Part shown: positions 7,416-16,859 of the stretch, piece after piece
Layout of the letters: every line of letters starts with the position of its first letter
Position numbering within the stretch: position 1 is the first letter of the stretch
Notes under the pieces: generated by a model
The model's input: only the letters and a program-made list of their open reading frames with translations
What the model was told of the DNA's origin: nothing
Database searches by the model: none
Translations under genes and position numbers: made by a program
Origin: an uncultured Haloferula sp.
GTDB taxonomy: Bacteria; Verrucomicrobiota; Verrucomicrobiia; Verrucomicrobiales; Akkermansiaceae
Length of the DNA: 64,000 nucleotides
Direction of reading: 5' to 3'
NCBI GenBank assembly: GCA_965652295.1
Contig: CBFGTS010000004.1
Coordinates: 64,001 to 128,000 of the forward strand

Positions 7416-9959
7416 ATGAAACATCCGATTTTTCCCATCCTCGCCGGAGCGCTGCTGCTCGGAAGTTGCGAGCGCCCTGCCGAGCAGGCTGATTCGACCG
7501 CCGGTTCCGAAGCGATGGTTGCCGCATTGGAGGAAGCACGCGATGCGCTGGAAGCCGAGCGACGGCAGCTGGAGGCGGAGCGGCAGGCGCTGGAGGATAC
7601 CCAATCGATCGATGAAGCCGCCCTGGCCGATGTGGAGCCCGTGGAATCCGTCCCCGTGGCGGTGACCGCCGATGAGGACGATCCCGAAGCCCAGCGTGAG
7701 ATGCTCGAAGCCTGGGAGGACGAGTTGACCGCCCGCGAGAAGGAGCTCGCTGGGCAACAAGCGCTGGAAGCCGAGATTGAGCCCGTTCCTGAAACCTACG
7801 ATGAGCCGGTGGCGGACTACGGTCTCTTCTACGATTCCCTGGATGACCACGGCGATTGGTTCGAAACGCCGGACTATGGTTACATTTTCCAACCCCGGGT
7901 CGTGGTGCAGGACCGCAGCTGGCGTCCCTATACCCGTGGCCGCTGGGTTTGCAGCGATCGCGGATGGCTTTGGGTTTCCGAGGAACCCTTTGGTTGGGCC
8001 ACCTACCACTATGGTCGCTGGGTGCTCCTCGCGGGGAGAGGCTGGTGCTGGGTGCCGGGCGGTGAATGGGCACCGGCCTGGGTGGCATGGCGTCATGGCG
8101 GCGGCCACGTCGGCTGGGCACCGCTGCCTCCGGAAACCTTGAGCGTCAGCGGCCATGGCTGGGGCGTAAGCGTGGAGGTCGATTTCGGGATTTCCGAGGT
8201 CTGGTTCACCTTTGTCGAGGAGCGCTACATCGCTGCTCCGATCTGGCGGCATTGTCTTCCGGTCGGGCACTACCGCCGGTTCTGGAACAAGGCCCGGCCG
8301 TGCACGAATCTCTACTATTTGCGCGGTCGTCCGATGGCATGCGGTCCGAGCTATGCGGCTCTTCGTCCCCATGTCCGGGGGGCTTGGCCGGTGCGTCGCA
8401 TCGAGATCGATCCGGTCGTCGGCATTCGCCGTCCCGGCATGCGTATGCCTCACCAGCAAGGGCGGGCGGTCCGCGTCTTCGCGCCCACGCTGGACGCGAG
8501 GTGGAATCCTGCCATCCGGCCTTCGAACGTTGCCAGCAGGCTGAAGGATATCCGCGTGGAACGGGCCGTGGGCGGCGTGAATCGCGAATGGAGAGAGCGC
8601 TTCCAAGACCGCCGTCGTGAGCGGGAACAAGCCCAGCAGCAATGGGCAGGCAAATTCAATCAGGTGCGCCAGAAGGAACTCCGGGAGAACCGGCTCGCCG
8701 CGGTGAAGGGCCGGAACAGGCAGATCAATGAGCGGCTGAATCGCTGGAAAGCGGCCCAGGCGGGCACACCATCCGGACGGGATCCGCGGCAGGAAAGGCC
8801 GGAAGCGAGGCCGCAAACGGGTCGGGTCGACGGCGTCGAGACCCAGCGGAATCGTCAACCCGACATGGTCGAACCGGCTCGACCCACGCGACCCTCCGGC
8901 CCCACGAATCCAGCTGCTGATAGGCTGCGGGCGGCGCAGCAAGCCCAGGCGGAAAAGCTTCGTCAGCAGCAGGAAAAGCTGCGTCAAGCTAACCCGCGGA
9001 ACCGCACGTCGGAGCCTCGCCCTCAAGATGTTCAGCGACAGCAACGAGATCGCTCGGCCGCTGAAGAGCGGGGCCGGCCACAGCGGGATCCGCGCCGCGC
9101 TAATCAGGAGCGGATGCAGAATCCGCAGGAGAACGCCCGTCGCGCCGCGCAGGAAAAGATCCGCCAAGCCCAAGAGCAGCAACGTCGCGGAAATGAACAG
9201 CGCCAAGCGCAGGAGAATACCCGCCGTGCCGCGCAGGAGAAAGCCCGGGAGGCTCAAGAGCAGCAGCGTCGCGGAAGTGGACAAGGCCAAGCGCAGGAGA
9301 ACGCCCGTCGTGCCGCGCAGGAAAAAATGCGCGAGGCCCAAGAACAGCAGCGTCGCGGGAATGAACAGCGCCAAGCACAGGAGAATGCTCGTCGTGCCGC
9401 GCAGGAAAAAATGCGCGAGGCCCAAGAACAGCAGCGTCGCGGGAATGAACAGCGCCAGGCACAGGAGAATGCTCGTCGTGCCGCGCAGGAGAAGGCCCGT
9501 GAAGCTCAAGAGCAGCAACGTCGCGGGAATGAGCAGCGCCAGGCACAGGAGAACGCCCGCCGCGCCGCGCAGGAGAGAGCCCGGGAGGCTCAAGAGCAGC
9601 AACGTCGGGCTAACGAGCAGCGCCAGGCACAGGAGAACGCTCGTCGTGCCGCGCAGGAGAGAGCCCGGGAGGTTCAAGAACAGCAGCGCCGCGCCAATGA
9701 GCAGCGCCAGGCACAGGAGAATGCTCGCCGTGCCGCTCAGGAACAGGCTCGCCGAGCACAGGAGCAGCAACGTCGGGCAAGCGAACAACGCGAACAGCAA
9801 GAACGGCAGCAACGTGCGAATCAGGAACGGATGCGGCAGCAGCAGGAACGTGCCCGCCAGCAGCAGGACCAGGCACGGCAGTCCGGACGGGAGCGACAAA
9901 GGCAACAGCAGGAACGAGTGCGCGAGCTTCAGGAGCAGAGAAACCGCCGGGGGCGCTGA
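7416..9959 (+). CDS. DUF6600-domain lipoprotein with long Q/E/R/A-rich repeat tail
   Basis: Lipobox LLLGSC; Trp-rich domain WRPYTRGRW...WVSEEPFGWATYHYGRW...WAPAWVAW...GWAPLPP; repetitive charged C-terminus. Confidence 0.8.
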   Translation: MKHPIFPILAGALLLGSCERPAEQADSTAGSEAMVAALEEARDALEAERRQLEAERQALEDTQSIDEAALADVEPVESVPVAVTADEDDPEAQREMLEAWEDELTAREKELAGQQALEAEIEPVPETYDEPVADYGLFYDSLDDHGDWFETPDYGYIFQPRVVVQDRSWRPYTRGRWVCSDRGWLWVSEEPFGWATYHYGRWVLLAGRGWCWVPGGEWAPAWVAWRHGGGHVGWAPLPPETLSVSGHGWGVSVEVDFGISEVWFTFVEERYIAAPIWRHCLPVGHYRRFWNKARPCTNLYYLRGRPMACGPSYAALRPHVRGAWPVRRIEIDPVVGIRRPGMRMPHQQGRAVRVFAPTLDARWNPAIRPSNVASRLKDIRVERAVGGVNREWRERFQDRRREREQAQQQWAGKFNQVRQKELRENRLAAVKGRNRQINERLNRWKAAQAGTPSGRDPRQERPEARPQTGRVDGVETQRNRQPDMVEPARPTRPSGPTNPAADRLRAAQQAQAEKLRQQQEKLRQANPRNRTSEPRPQDVQRQQRDRSAAEERGRPQRDPRRANQERMQNPQENARRAAQEKIRQAQEQQRRGNEQRQAQENTRRAAQEKAREAQEQQRRGSGQGQAQENARRAAQEKMREAQEQQRRGNEQRQAQENARRAAQEKMREAQEQQRRGNEQRQAQENARRAAQEKAREAQEQQRRGNEQRQAQENARRAAQERAREAQEQQRRANEQRQAQENARRAAQERAREVQEQQRRANEQRQAQENARRAAQEQARRAQEQQRRASEQREQQERQQRANQERMRQQQERARQQQDQARQSGRERQRQQQERVRELQEQRNRRGR
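9122..9796 (+). repeat. Coding tandem repeat, 84-nt/28-aa unit, about 8 copies
   Basis: '(g/a)caggagaa(c/t)' recurs at 9125, 9209, 9293 ... 9713. Unit is AQENARRAAQEKAREAQEQQRRGNEQRQ. Confidence 0.95.
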
Positions 9960-10000
9960 CGCTCTTGCATCGGGCCGCCGGGCGGTGAAGGCTCGGCGGC

Positions 10001-10480
10001 ATGAAACCTGAAGTCGGTCAGCCCGCCCCGGATTTCGGAGGCCTATTGGTCTATCCCGATGGCGCGGCCCGCAAGATCCACAACTCCGATTTCCGCGGGC
10101 GACGGGTGGCGCTCGTGTTCTACCCGAAGGACTCCACGCCGGGCTGCACCACCCAGGCCTGCGACTTGAGGGACGGCTGGGCGGATCTGAAGGATCGGGT
10201 GGAGGTCATCGGCGTGAGCATCGACTCCGACAAGAGCCACCGGAAGTTCATCGAAAAGCAGGCGCTGCCTTATCCTTTGCTCGTCGATGAAGACCGGCGG
10301 GTCGTCGAGGCTTACGGCGTGTGGGTGGAAAAGTCGATGTATGGCCGCAAATACATGGGCACCGAGCGCACCACTTTCCTGATCGGCTCGGATGGCAGGA
10401 TCGAGGCGGTGCTGGAAAAGGTGAAGCCGAAGGAGCACTTGGCGCTTCTGCTGGCTGCGGTGGGTGAGGCGGAGGGGTAG
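10001..10480 (+). CDS. bcp: Peroxiredoxin BCP/PrxQ
   Basis: FYPKDSTPGCTTQAC; YGVWVEKSMYGRKYMGTERTTF. Confidence 0.92.
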   Translation: MKPEVGQPAPDFGGLLVYPDGAARKIHNSDFRGRRVALVFYPKDSTPGCTTQACDLRDGWADLKDRVEVIGVSIDSDKSHRKFIEKQALPYPLLVDEDRRVVEAYGVWVEKSMYGRKYMGTERTTFLIGSDGRIEAVLEKVKPKEHLALLLAAVGEAEG

Positions 10481-10514
10481 AGAGACTGCCGGTTGCGGGA
10501 GGGTGAAACACCTC

Positions 10515-11180
10515 CTATTCCGGGAACTCGAAGCGAGTGAGCAGATCCCGGATGACCTTCGCCGAGGAGGTCATGCCGGCGTGAAGAAGGACCGGCACCT
10601 CGACGTTGACCGCGCGCTCCCAGAGGGAGCTGGTGGAAGGAACGATGATGAGATCCATCGGCGTGCGGTAGGAAAGGATCGGCATGCCTCCGAGGCGGCT
10701 TTGGCCGGACTCGAGCTCGTTGAGAAACACGCTGCCGGGCCTCATTTCGGCGGCACCCTTGCCGTAGTGGAGGAATGCGGTGCGGGTGCCGTGGTGGGGG
10801 GTGGAGAGGGTGACGAGGGCATCGCAGCGGGAGGCTCCTCCGAGGTCCTGCAGATAGCTGCGCGCGACCAAGCCGCCCATGCTGAAGGCGACGACGACGA
10901 AGCGCGAATCCTGCGGGAGGTGGTGTTCGATTTCCTCTTGCAGCTGGAGGGCCATGATTTCGAGCCCGTCGCGGCCGTCGGCCGGTTTCAAGCTGGGCGA
11001 AATGCATCTCACGCCACGGGCTTCAAGGCTGCGGCGCAGCCTGCCGAAGGAGGTGGTCTCGTTCTGCCAAATGCCGTGGACGAGCACGACGTGTTCCGCC
11101 CTGACCGGCTGCCAAACGGGGGCGGCCGGGGCGGCATGAAGCACGCCGCAGAGGGCGAGGTAGAGAAAAATTCGGATCAT
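10515..11180 (-). CDS. Secreted alpha/beta-hydrolase (lipase/esterase)
   Basis: Signal peptide, VVLVHG, AFSMGG nucleophile elbow, TPHHGT, C-terminal D and H. Confidence 0.85.
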   Translation of the reverse strand: MIRIFLYLALCGVLHAAPAAPVWQPVRAEHVVLVHGIWQNETTSFGRLRRSLEARGVRCISPSLKPADGRDGLEIMALQLQEEIEHHLPQDSRFVVVAFSMGGLVARSYLQDLGGASRCDALVTLSTPHHGTRTAFLHYGKGAAEMRPGSVFLNELESGQSRLGGMPILSYRTPMDLIIVPSTSSLWERAVNVEVPVLLHAGMTSSAKVIRDLLTRFEFPE

Positions 11181-11185
11181 GCCGT

Positions 11186-11533
11186 CTAACCGGGTGGCCA
11201 TGTCATCGAGCGCCCGGCGAGGACGTGGATATGGAGATGGGGAACGGCTTCACCGCCATCGGGGCCGTTGTTGATCACGATTCTGAAACCGTTTTCCACG
11301 AAGCCTTCTTTCCGCGCGATTTCGCCGGCGATGAGCAGCATATGGCCCAGTACCGCCTGATCGTCGATGGTGGCCTCGGCCACGCGGGGGATGGTCTTCT
11401 TCGGAACGATCAGGAGATGGGTGGGTGCCTGCGGGTCGATGTCGCGGAAGGCGAGACATTGCCCGTCTTCGTGGACGATGTTGGCCGGGATCTCGCGGTC
11501 GCGGATTTTCTCGAAAAGCGTCTTTTCCGCCAT
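11186..11533 (-). CDS. hinT: HIT family nucleotide-binding protein
   Basis: AFRDIDPQAPTH, HLHIH triad, WPPG terminus. Confidence 0.92.
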   Translation of the reverse strand: MAEKTLFEKIRDREIPANIVHEDGQCLAFRDIDPQAPTHLLIVPKKTIPRVAEATIDDQAVLGHMLLIAGEIARKEGFVENGFRIVINNGPDGGEAVPHLHIHVLAGRSMTWPPG

Positions 11534-11577
11534 GGCCGGAGACTGCCATGAGGCCCGGACCGGTGCAAGCGGGGGAG

Positions 11578-12153
11578 CTATTCGATCCGCTCGCCTTCGA
11601 GATGGCAGGCAATGCGGGCGGCTCCCTGCCGTTCGCGTTCCTGAAGGCGAAGGAAGGCGCGGACGTCGGCCAGCAGCGTCTCGCAGCGCTTGTCCCAATC
11701 CGGGGCATTGCAAAGGTGCAGAACCGATTCGCGGAGGTGGATGAAACGGACTTCCTCAGCGCCGACGTGCCGGAGGGCGTCGAGTTCCTCGCGGAGCCGC
11801 GTGAAGAAGGCGAGTTCGAAGCCTTGGCCGGCTTCGCGGGCAAGCGACTCCAGGCTCAGGGTCACCGGCGGAGCGAGCGGCTCGAGCTTTTCGGCGATCA
11901 GCTGACAGCCGATGGTTTCCAGCATGCGGCGCAAACGGTCGAACAGGTCCTGGATGGGCAGGAGCTGCAGGGAGCAGCGGGTTTCGAGGTAGTGCTCGAT
12001 GCCCTGCTGGATCTCGTCGAGGCAGGGGAAATCCTCGCGGTCGGCGGCGCGGGCGGCGCGGCGGAGGGCGTCACCGAGCCAGCCGGTATCGTAGTCGTGG
12101 ACCTGATGGCGGCCGACTTGGATGACGGGGCGGTTGCCTAGGATGGCGATCAC
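11578..12153 (-). CDS. Hypothetical protein
   Basis: Co-oriented between nrdR and HIT, with protein-like composition. No motif recognised. Confidence 0.65.
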   Translation of the reverse strand: MIAILGNRPVIQVGRHQVHDYDTGWLGDALRRAARAADREDFPCLDEIQQGIEHYLETRCSLQLLPIQDLFDRLRRMLETIGCQLIAEKLEPLAPPVTLSLESLAREAGQGFELAFFTRLREELDALRHVGAEEVRFIHLRESVLHLCNAPDWDKRCETLLADVRAFLRLQERERQGAARIACHLEGERIE

Positions 12154-12226
12154 TCGGGATTGTCGGAAGTGGAGGTGGGGCGGGGGAGAAGCGGAGCAGG
12201 TGAGGGTGATGGGCGGGGGGAGTGGG

Positions 12227-12712
12227 CTAGAAAAGTCGCCGCTGCATCGGATCGCGGGCCGCGCGACGCTCGAGCGCTTGAATTTCGCGGATGAACTCGC
12301 CGACGTCCTCGAACTGCCGGTAGACCGAGACGTAGCGGACGTAGGCGACGGGATCGATCTGGTGCAGCTTGTCCATGACTTTGGCTCCGATGTTCGAGGA
12401 CGGCACCTCGGCGACGTGGTCGCGATGGAGTTCGGAAAGGATCTCCTCCACGGCCCGGTCGATTCGGTCCATCGACACCGGGCGTTTCTCGCAAGCTTTG
12501 ATCAGGCCGCTGCGGATTTTTTCGCGGTTGATGGCTTCCTTGGTGCCATCGCGCTTGGCGACCCGCAGCTCGGTGCGCTCGATCGTCTCGTAAGTCGTGT
12601 AGCGATAGCTGCACGCCAGGCATTCCCGGCGTCGGCGGATCGAGGTCCCGTCCTTGGTCATCCGGGAATCGAGCACCTTGTCCTTGAGAGAGCCGCATTG
12701 GACGCAACGCAT
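12227..12712 (-). CDS. nrdR: Transcriptional repressor NrdR
   Basis: MRCxxC...IRRRREC..C Zn ribbon, ATP cone, VAYVRY.SVY. Confidence 0.95.
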   Translation of the reverse strand: MRCVQCGSLKDKVLDSRMTKDGTSIRRRRECLACSYRYTTYETIERTELRVAKRDGTKEAINREKIRSGLIKACEKRPVSMDRIDRAVEEILSELHRDHVAEVPSSNIGAKVMDKLHQIDPVAYVRYVSVYRQFEDVGEFIREIQALERRAARDPMQRRLF

Positions 12713-12880
12713 GGTTTGGAAGAGCGATGACGGGGACGCTATCGCAACATACGGTATCGCGTGAAGCAAAATGCTAGCTTATTTGGTGGTCGAGGGTGGA
12801 TGATGAGCTTGCGCGTAATGGCTTTTTTCAAAATCCGGAGAAAGAGGGGGGAGGCGCCGGCAAAAGTTTGGAGCGGGCAC

Positions 12881-12912
12881 AAAAAAGCCGGCGAAAGACA
12901 TCGCCGGCTCTT
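12881..12912 (-). terminator. Intrinsic terminator after sdhB
   Basis: Stem gccggcga/tcgccggc followed by a T6 tract on the minus strand. Confidence 0.8.
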
Positions 12913-12940
12913 GGAGTGAGAGAAAAACGCGCAGCGCTGC

Positions 12941-13708
12941 TCAAGCGGAGGCGAACTGCTCCTTGAGCATCGCCACGCCGTAGTCGCGGTTGAGCCGCGC
13001 GATGTGATCGACGCTGATCTCCTTGGGGCAGGCGGCTTCGCACTCGTATTGGTTGGTGCAGCCGCCGAATCCTTCCTCGTCCATCTGGCGGACCATGGCC
13101 AGCGCCCGGCGTTGGCGCTCGGGCTGCCCCTGGGGCAGGTGGCCGAGGTGGGAAACCTTGGCGGCGGTGAAAAGCATGGCGGAGGCGTTTTTGCAGGCCG
13201 CCACACAGGCACCGCAACCGATGCAGGCGGCAGCGGAGAAGGCGGCATCCGCATCGTCCTTGGGAACCGGAACGGCATGGGCATCGGGAGCCCCACCGGT
13301 CCGAACGGAAATGAACCCGCCTGCCTGCTGGATGCGGTCGAGCGAGTTGCGGTCGGTGACGAGGTCTTTGATGACCGGGAAAGCGCGGGAGCGGAACGGT
13401 TCGATCCAGATGGTGTCGCCGCTGCGGAACTTTCGCATGTGAAGCTGGCAGGTGGTGATGCCGCGGTCCTTGCCGTGTGGGATGCCGTTGATGGTCAGCG
13501 AGCACATGCCGCAGATGCCCTCGCGGCAGTCGTGGTCGAAATGGATCGGCTCCTGCTCCTGGTCGACGAGTCGCTCGTTGACGATATCGAGCATTTCAAG
13601 GAACGAGGCCTCTTCGGGAATGTCCCTGGCGTCGTAGGTTTCGATTTTTCCGGCGGTATTGGGTCCGGCCTGACGCCAGACCTTGAGGGTGAGTTGAAGC
13701 TTCGCCAT
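12941..13708 (-). CDS. sdhB: Succinate dehydrogenase/fumarate reductase iron-sulfur subunit
   Basis: [35 protein letters not shown]. Confidence 0.93.
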   Translation of the reverse strand: MAKLQLTLKVWRQAGPNTAGKIETYDARDIPEEASFLEMLDIVNERLVDQEQEPIHFDHDCREGICGMCSLTINGIPHGKDRGITTCQLHMRKFRSGDTIWIEPFRSRAFPVIKDLVTDRNSLDRIQQAGGFISVRTGGAPDAHAVPVPKDDADAAFSAAACIGCGACVAACKNASAMLFTAAKVSHLGHLPQGQPERQRRALAMVRQMDEEGFGGCTNQYECEAACPKEISVDHIARLNRDYGVAMLKEQFASA

Positions 13709-13873
13709 GGTCGCAAAAGTCGCTGGGGCCAATCTAGGGAACGGGAAAGGGTCCGCCAGCCAAAAGCATGGGTGCAGGCCGCATGGCTTGCGTTTTGGTG
13801 TGCAGATCGGATGGAGAGGAACTTTCCGGGAATGCCGTTTGCCAACCGGAGGCCGGGGCGGTAGGGGACGGGC

Positions 13874-14305
13874 ATGTCGATGCTAGCTGATGACTCCGCC
13901 GTGATGACCAAGGTCCGCGAACTTTGCGCGGCGATTGCCGAGGATACCCGTTTCCAATCGCTCCAAGGCGATGTGGAAAAGTTCATGGACGATGAACAGG
14001 CGACGCTGATGTACCGCGGCGTGCATGAGCGGGGCAGCGAGCTGCACCAGAAGCAGCACGCAGGCGTGGAGCTGAGCGACTCCGAGATCCGCGAGTTCGA
14101 ATCGGCTCGTGAGCAGCTTTTGTCGAACTCGGTGGCACGCGGTTTCATGGATGCACAGGGCGAGCTGGAGACGCTCCAGCGCTCGATCATGAAGTACGTG
14201 AACATGACCATGGAGCTGGGCCATGTGCCTTCGAACGAGGAGATCGCCGCTGCGGAAGGCGGTGGCTGCTGCGGTGGTGGTGGAGGCGGCGGCTGCGGCT
14301 GTTGA
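13874..14305 (+). CDS. YlbF/YmcA (RicAF-like) family regulator
   Basis: Helical YlbF-like sequence with a C-terminal GGGCCGGGGGGGCGC tail. Confidence 0.75.
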   Translation: MSMLADDSAVMTKVRELCAAIAEDTRFQSLQGDVEKFMDDEQATLMYRGVHERGSELHQKQHAGVELSDSEIREFESAREQLLSNSVARGFMDAQGELETLQRSIMKYVNMTMELGHVPSNEEIAAAEGGGCCGGGGGGGCGC

Positions 14306-14326
14306 TCTCGGGATAAGCACTTGGCA

Positions 14327-14437
14327 GTGGCACGACCGTCCCGGTCGTGAACGCCGGTGCGGTTCGCGCCGTCAGATTTTTCGCGCCCGGCGGGCTTGAA
14401 GCGTCTCGGTCTTTCACGACCGGGACGGTCGTGCCAC
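14327..14437. repeat. REPIN: two inverted 25-bp REP units
   Basis: gtggcacgaccgtcccggtcgtgaa (14327-14351) and its exact reverse complement (14413-14437). Each unit is GTGG plus a hairpin. Confidence 0.9.
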
Positions 14438-14456
14438 GGGCAAGGTGGGCGGGGTT

Positions 14457-14942
14457 TCAGTTGTTCTGCGGATCCGGATGGGCGGTGAGGCCGGCGGGGC
14501 CGTGCTCAAGAAGGTAGACCTCGCGGGTAAGCCGTCCTTTCTCCGCGCCACGCTCAATCGTGGCGCGAAGCATGGACCCGCGGTGCTCCAAAGCCACGAG
14601 GCGGAAGAGCGGCTCCCGGCGCATGCGGAAAAAGCAGTGCAAGGGGACGTCCGGGTGGGCGGCATTCCAGAGGTAGCGGGCGTGGCTGTATCCGGGGAGC
14701 CGGGAGAGCGCCAGGAGGACGTGACGGATGCGGCGTTCGCCGTGGCGATGGGTCAAGCGGGCGGCGGCACGCTTGGCGAGCATGGTTTCCCACCAGGTGG
14801 CCACGGGGTCTTCGACCGCTTCCTCGACCTCTCCGATCAGTTCGCGCGCATGCCACGCCATGGCGGCGTGGAGCTGTTCGCGGGTGATGGCTCCGGCTTC
14901 GAACTCCTCGAAAAGCCGGGGTGGAATGAGCGGTTCAGGCAT
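14457..14942 (-). CDS. Hypothetical protein
   Basis: Protein-like ORF downstream of plsX on the same strand. Confidence 0.6.
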   Translation of the reverse strand: MPEPLIPPRLFEEFEAGAITREQLHAAMAWHARELIGEVEEAVEDPVATWWETMLAKRAAARLTHRHGERRIRHVLLALSRLPGYSHARYLWNAAHPDVPLHCFFRMRREPLFRLVALEHRGSMLRATIERGAEKGRLTREVYLLEHGPAGLTAHPDPQNN

Positions 14943-15026
14943 GGGTTTGGAGGACGGGTCATCCTAGGACCTATCTCCGCCGAGGCAAATGCCGGGTAGT
15001 GGCGGAATCTCGCTGCTCGTCGTCGC

Positions 15027-16064
15027 TCACGCAACGATCTCATCCGACAAGGCCGCCAGCGCCTCGCGGATGTGGTCGTTGACCTTGTGATCGACGCTTT
15101 CCACAGCCACGCGGATCGCGTTGCGGATGGCGACATCCGTCGAGCCACCATGGGCGATGATCACCACGCCGTTGACGCCGAGAAGCGGGCTGCCGCCGTA
15201 GCTTTCGGCGCTGGCGCGTTGCTTGAGATCGGCGAAAGCGCCCTTGGCGAGCAGCGCGCCGGCCTTGCGGACCGGGCTGGCCATGATCGCCTCCTTGAGC
15301 CACTTCGACATCGCCTTGGCGGTCGCCTCGGCGGTCTTGAGCACGATGTTTCCGGTGAAACCGTCGCAGAGGCAGACGTGGAGTTCCTCGTCGAAAAGGT
15401 CATGGCCTTCGACGTTGCCGATGAATTCGAAGGGGGCCTTGCCCGTGGCGGAGAAATTTTTGACCAAGGCGAAGGTTTCCTTGGTGAAAGCGGTGCCCTT
15501 TTCGTCCTCCTCGCCGTTCGACATGATGCCGACCTTGGGCCGCTTCACGCCGTAAACGCCGCGCGAGAAGGCGGCGCCCATGATGGCGTAGCCGAGCAAG
15601 TGGGAGGGTTTTGCCTCGGGGTTGGCCCCGGCGTCGAGCAGGTGGCAGACGCCGTGCTCGTTGGGGAGGCCGGAGGCGATGCCGGCGCGCTCGATGCCGG
15701 CGATGAGGCGCAGCTTGATCTGGGCGGCAGCGACACAGGCACCCGTGTTGCCGGCGGAGACGAAGGCGTCAGCTTCGCCCGCCTTCACCAGATCCATCGC
15801 GATCGAAATGGAGGAGTGCTTTTTCCGTCGCACGGCGGTCGCGCCGGGCTCGCACATGGCGATCACCTCGGTGGCTGGCACCAGTTCGATCCGCGGATCT
15901 TCGAGCGACAGGCCGTGGCTGGCGGCTTCGGCACGGATGACGGCCTCGTCACCGACGAGGAGGAGCTTCTTCAGGGTGGGGAAATCCGCCAGTGCGGCTG
16001 CGGCACCGGCGAGGTTCACGGCGGGGGCTCGGTCGCCCCCCATGACGTCTAGAGCTACTTTCAT
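15027..16064 (-). CDS. plsX: Phosphate acyltransferase PlsX
   Basis: ALDVMGGD, SAGNTGA, DAGAN, CDGFTGN, YGGSPLLGV, HG.S. Confidence 0.95.
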   Translation of the reverse strand: MKVALDVMGGDRAPAVNLAGAAAALADFPTLKKLLLVGDEAVIRAEAASHGLSLEDPRIELVPATEVIAMCEPGATAVRRKKHSSISIAMDLVKAGEADAFVSAGNTGACVAAAQIKLRLIAGIERAGIASGLPNEHGVCHLLDAGANPEAKPSHLLGYAIMGAAFSRGVYGVKRPKVGIMSNGEEDEKGTAFTKETFALVKNFSATGKAPFEFIGNVEGHDLFDEELHVCLCDGFTGNIVLKTAEATAKAMSKWLKEAIMASPVRKAGALLAKGAFADLKQRASAESYGGSPLLGVNGVVIIAHGGSTDVAIRNAIRVAVESVDHKVNDHIREALAALSDEIVA

Positions 16065-16153
16065 CAGAGGGCTTTGCCTGGATACAAGAAATCACCGCTC
16101 CGGCGATGCGGAGCGGCGACTCGGAAAAAATCCATGTGAGGCGCGGAAGCGCT

Positions 16154-16336
16154 TTAGAACGCGTCCACCTCAAGCACCTTGCGGCCGGCGTAGTAACCGC
16201 AGGACGGGCAGGCGATGTGCGACGGGATGCGGCTGTCGCACTCCGGGCAGGTCTTGAAGATGGGTGCGCGCCAGCGGTTTGCGCCACGGCGCATTTTCTG
16301 ACGGCTCTTGGATTGACGACGCTTGGGTACTGCCAT
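16154..16336 (-). CDS. rpmF: 50S ribosomal protein L32
   Basis: MAVPKRRQSKSR...CPEC...CPSCGYY. Confidence 0.97.
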   Translation of the reverse strand: MAVPKRRQSKSRQKMRRGANRWRAPIFKTCPECDSRIPSHIACPSCGYYAGRKVLEVDAF

Positions 16337-16348
16337 GACGAGAAAAGG

Positions 16349-16852
16349 TTAACGGTCTGAATCGGTGTTCTTCAGCGCGTCGAGGGCGGCCCATCGGTCG
16401 TCCCCTTCCACGCGGGGGCGCGTCTCTACAGCATCGTCGGAGGGTTTGTCCACTGCCAAATAGCGAGGATCGATTTCGCACTGCTGGGGCTCGTCCGCAT
16501 CGTCGCACCGAGGGTCGGCGGGAAAGTTGATCAGGATCTCCTCGCGCAAGGCATCGGTGGCGTTGATTTCCTCGCCTTCGGTGATCTCCAGGGAAATGGC
16601 GGCGGGGTCGACTTCGATGGTCTGAACGAAGGGGTGGAGCGTGCGAACGCAGGTGAACTCGAACGGTGCGGAGATCCGGCCGGTGAGCAGGAGTTCGGAG
16701 CTGAATCGCTGGACGTGGAGGTCGTATTCGAGGTCGCCGGCTGGTCTGGCGTCTTCCTCGGGAAGGTCGAAGACGCTGCCGGGGAGGGCACCGGAAATCG
16801 ACTTTCCCTCGTCCGGCAAACTGGCGAGGTCGATGACAAGCTTGTGGGGCAT
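16349..16852 (-). CDS. yceD: YceD/DUF177 family protein
   Basis: CVRTL, LREEILI.FP..P.C, DDRWAALDALK; canonical position upstream of rpmF. Confidence 0.85.
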   Translation of the reverse strand: MPHKLVIDLASLPDEGKSISGALPGSVFDLPEEDARPAGDLEYDLHVQRFSSELLLTGRISAPFEFTCVRTLHPFVQTIEVDPAAISLEITEGEEINATDALREEILINFPADPRCDDADEPQQCEIDPRYLAVDKPSDDAVETRPRVEGDDRWAALDALKNTDSDR

Positions 16853-16859
16853 GGGGTGA

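Noticed and set aside
9122..9796. Regular 84-nt repeat as a possible CRISPR array
   Set aside because: No unique spacers, the repeat is in-frame coding with synonymous variation, and no cas genes are present.
7338..9905. 855-aa Leu-rich antisense ORF resembling a membrane repeat protein
   Set aside because: Shadow of the DUF6600 gene; CAG/GAG-rich codons read as Leu on the opposite strand, and high GC suppresses stop codons.
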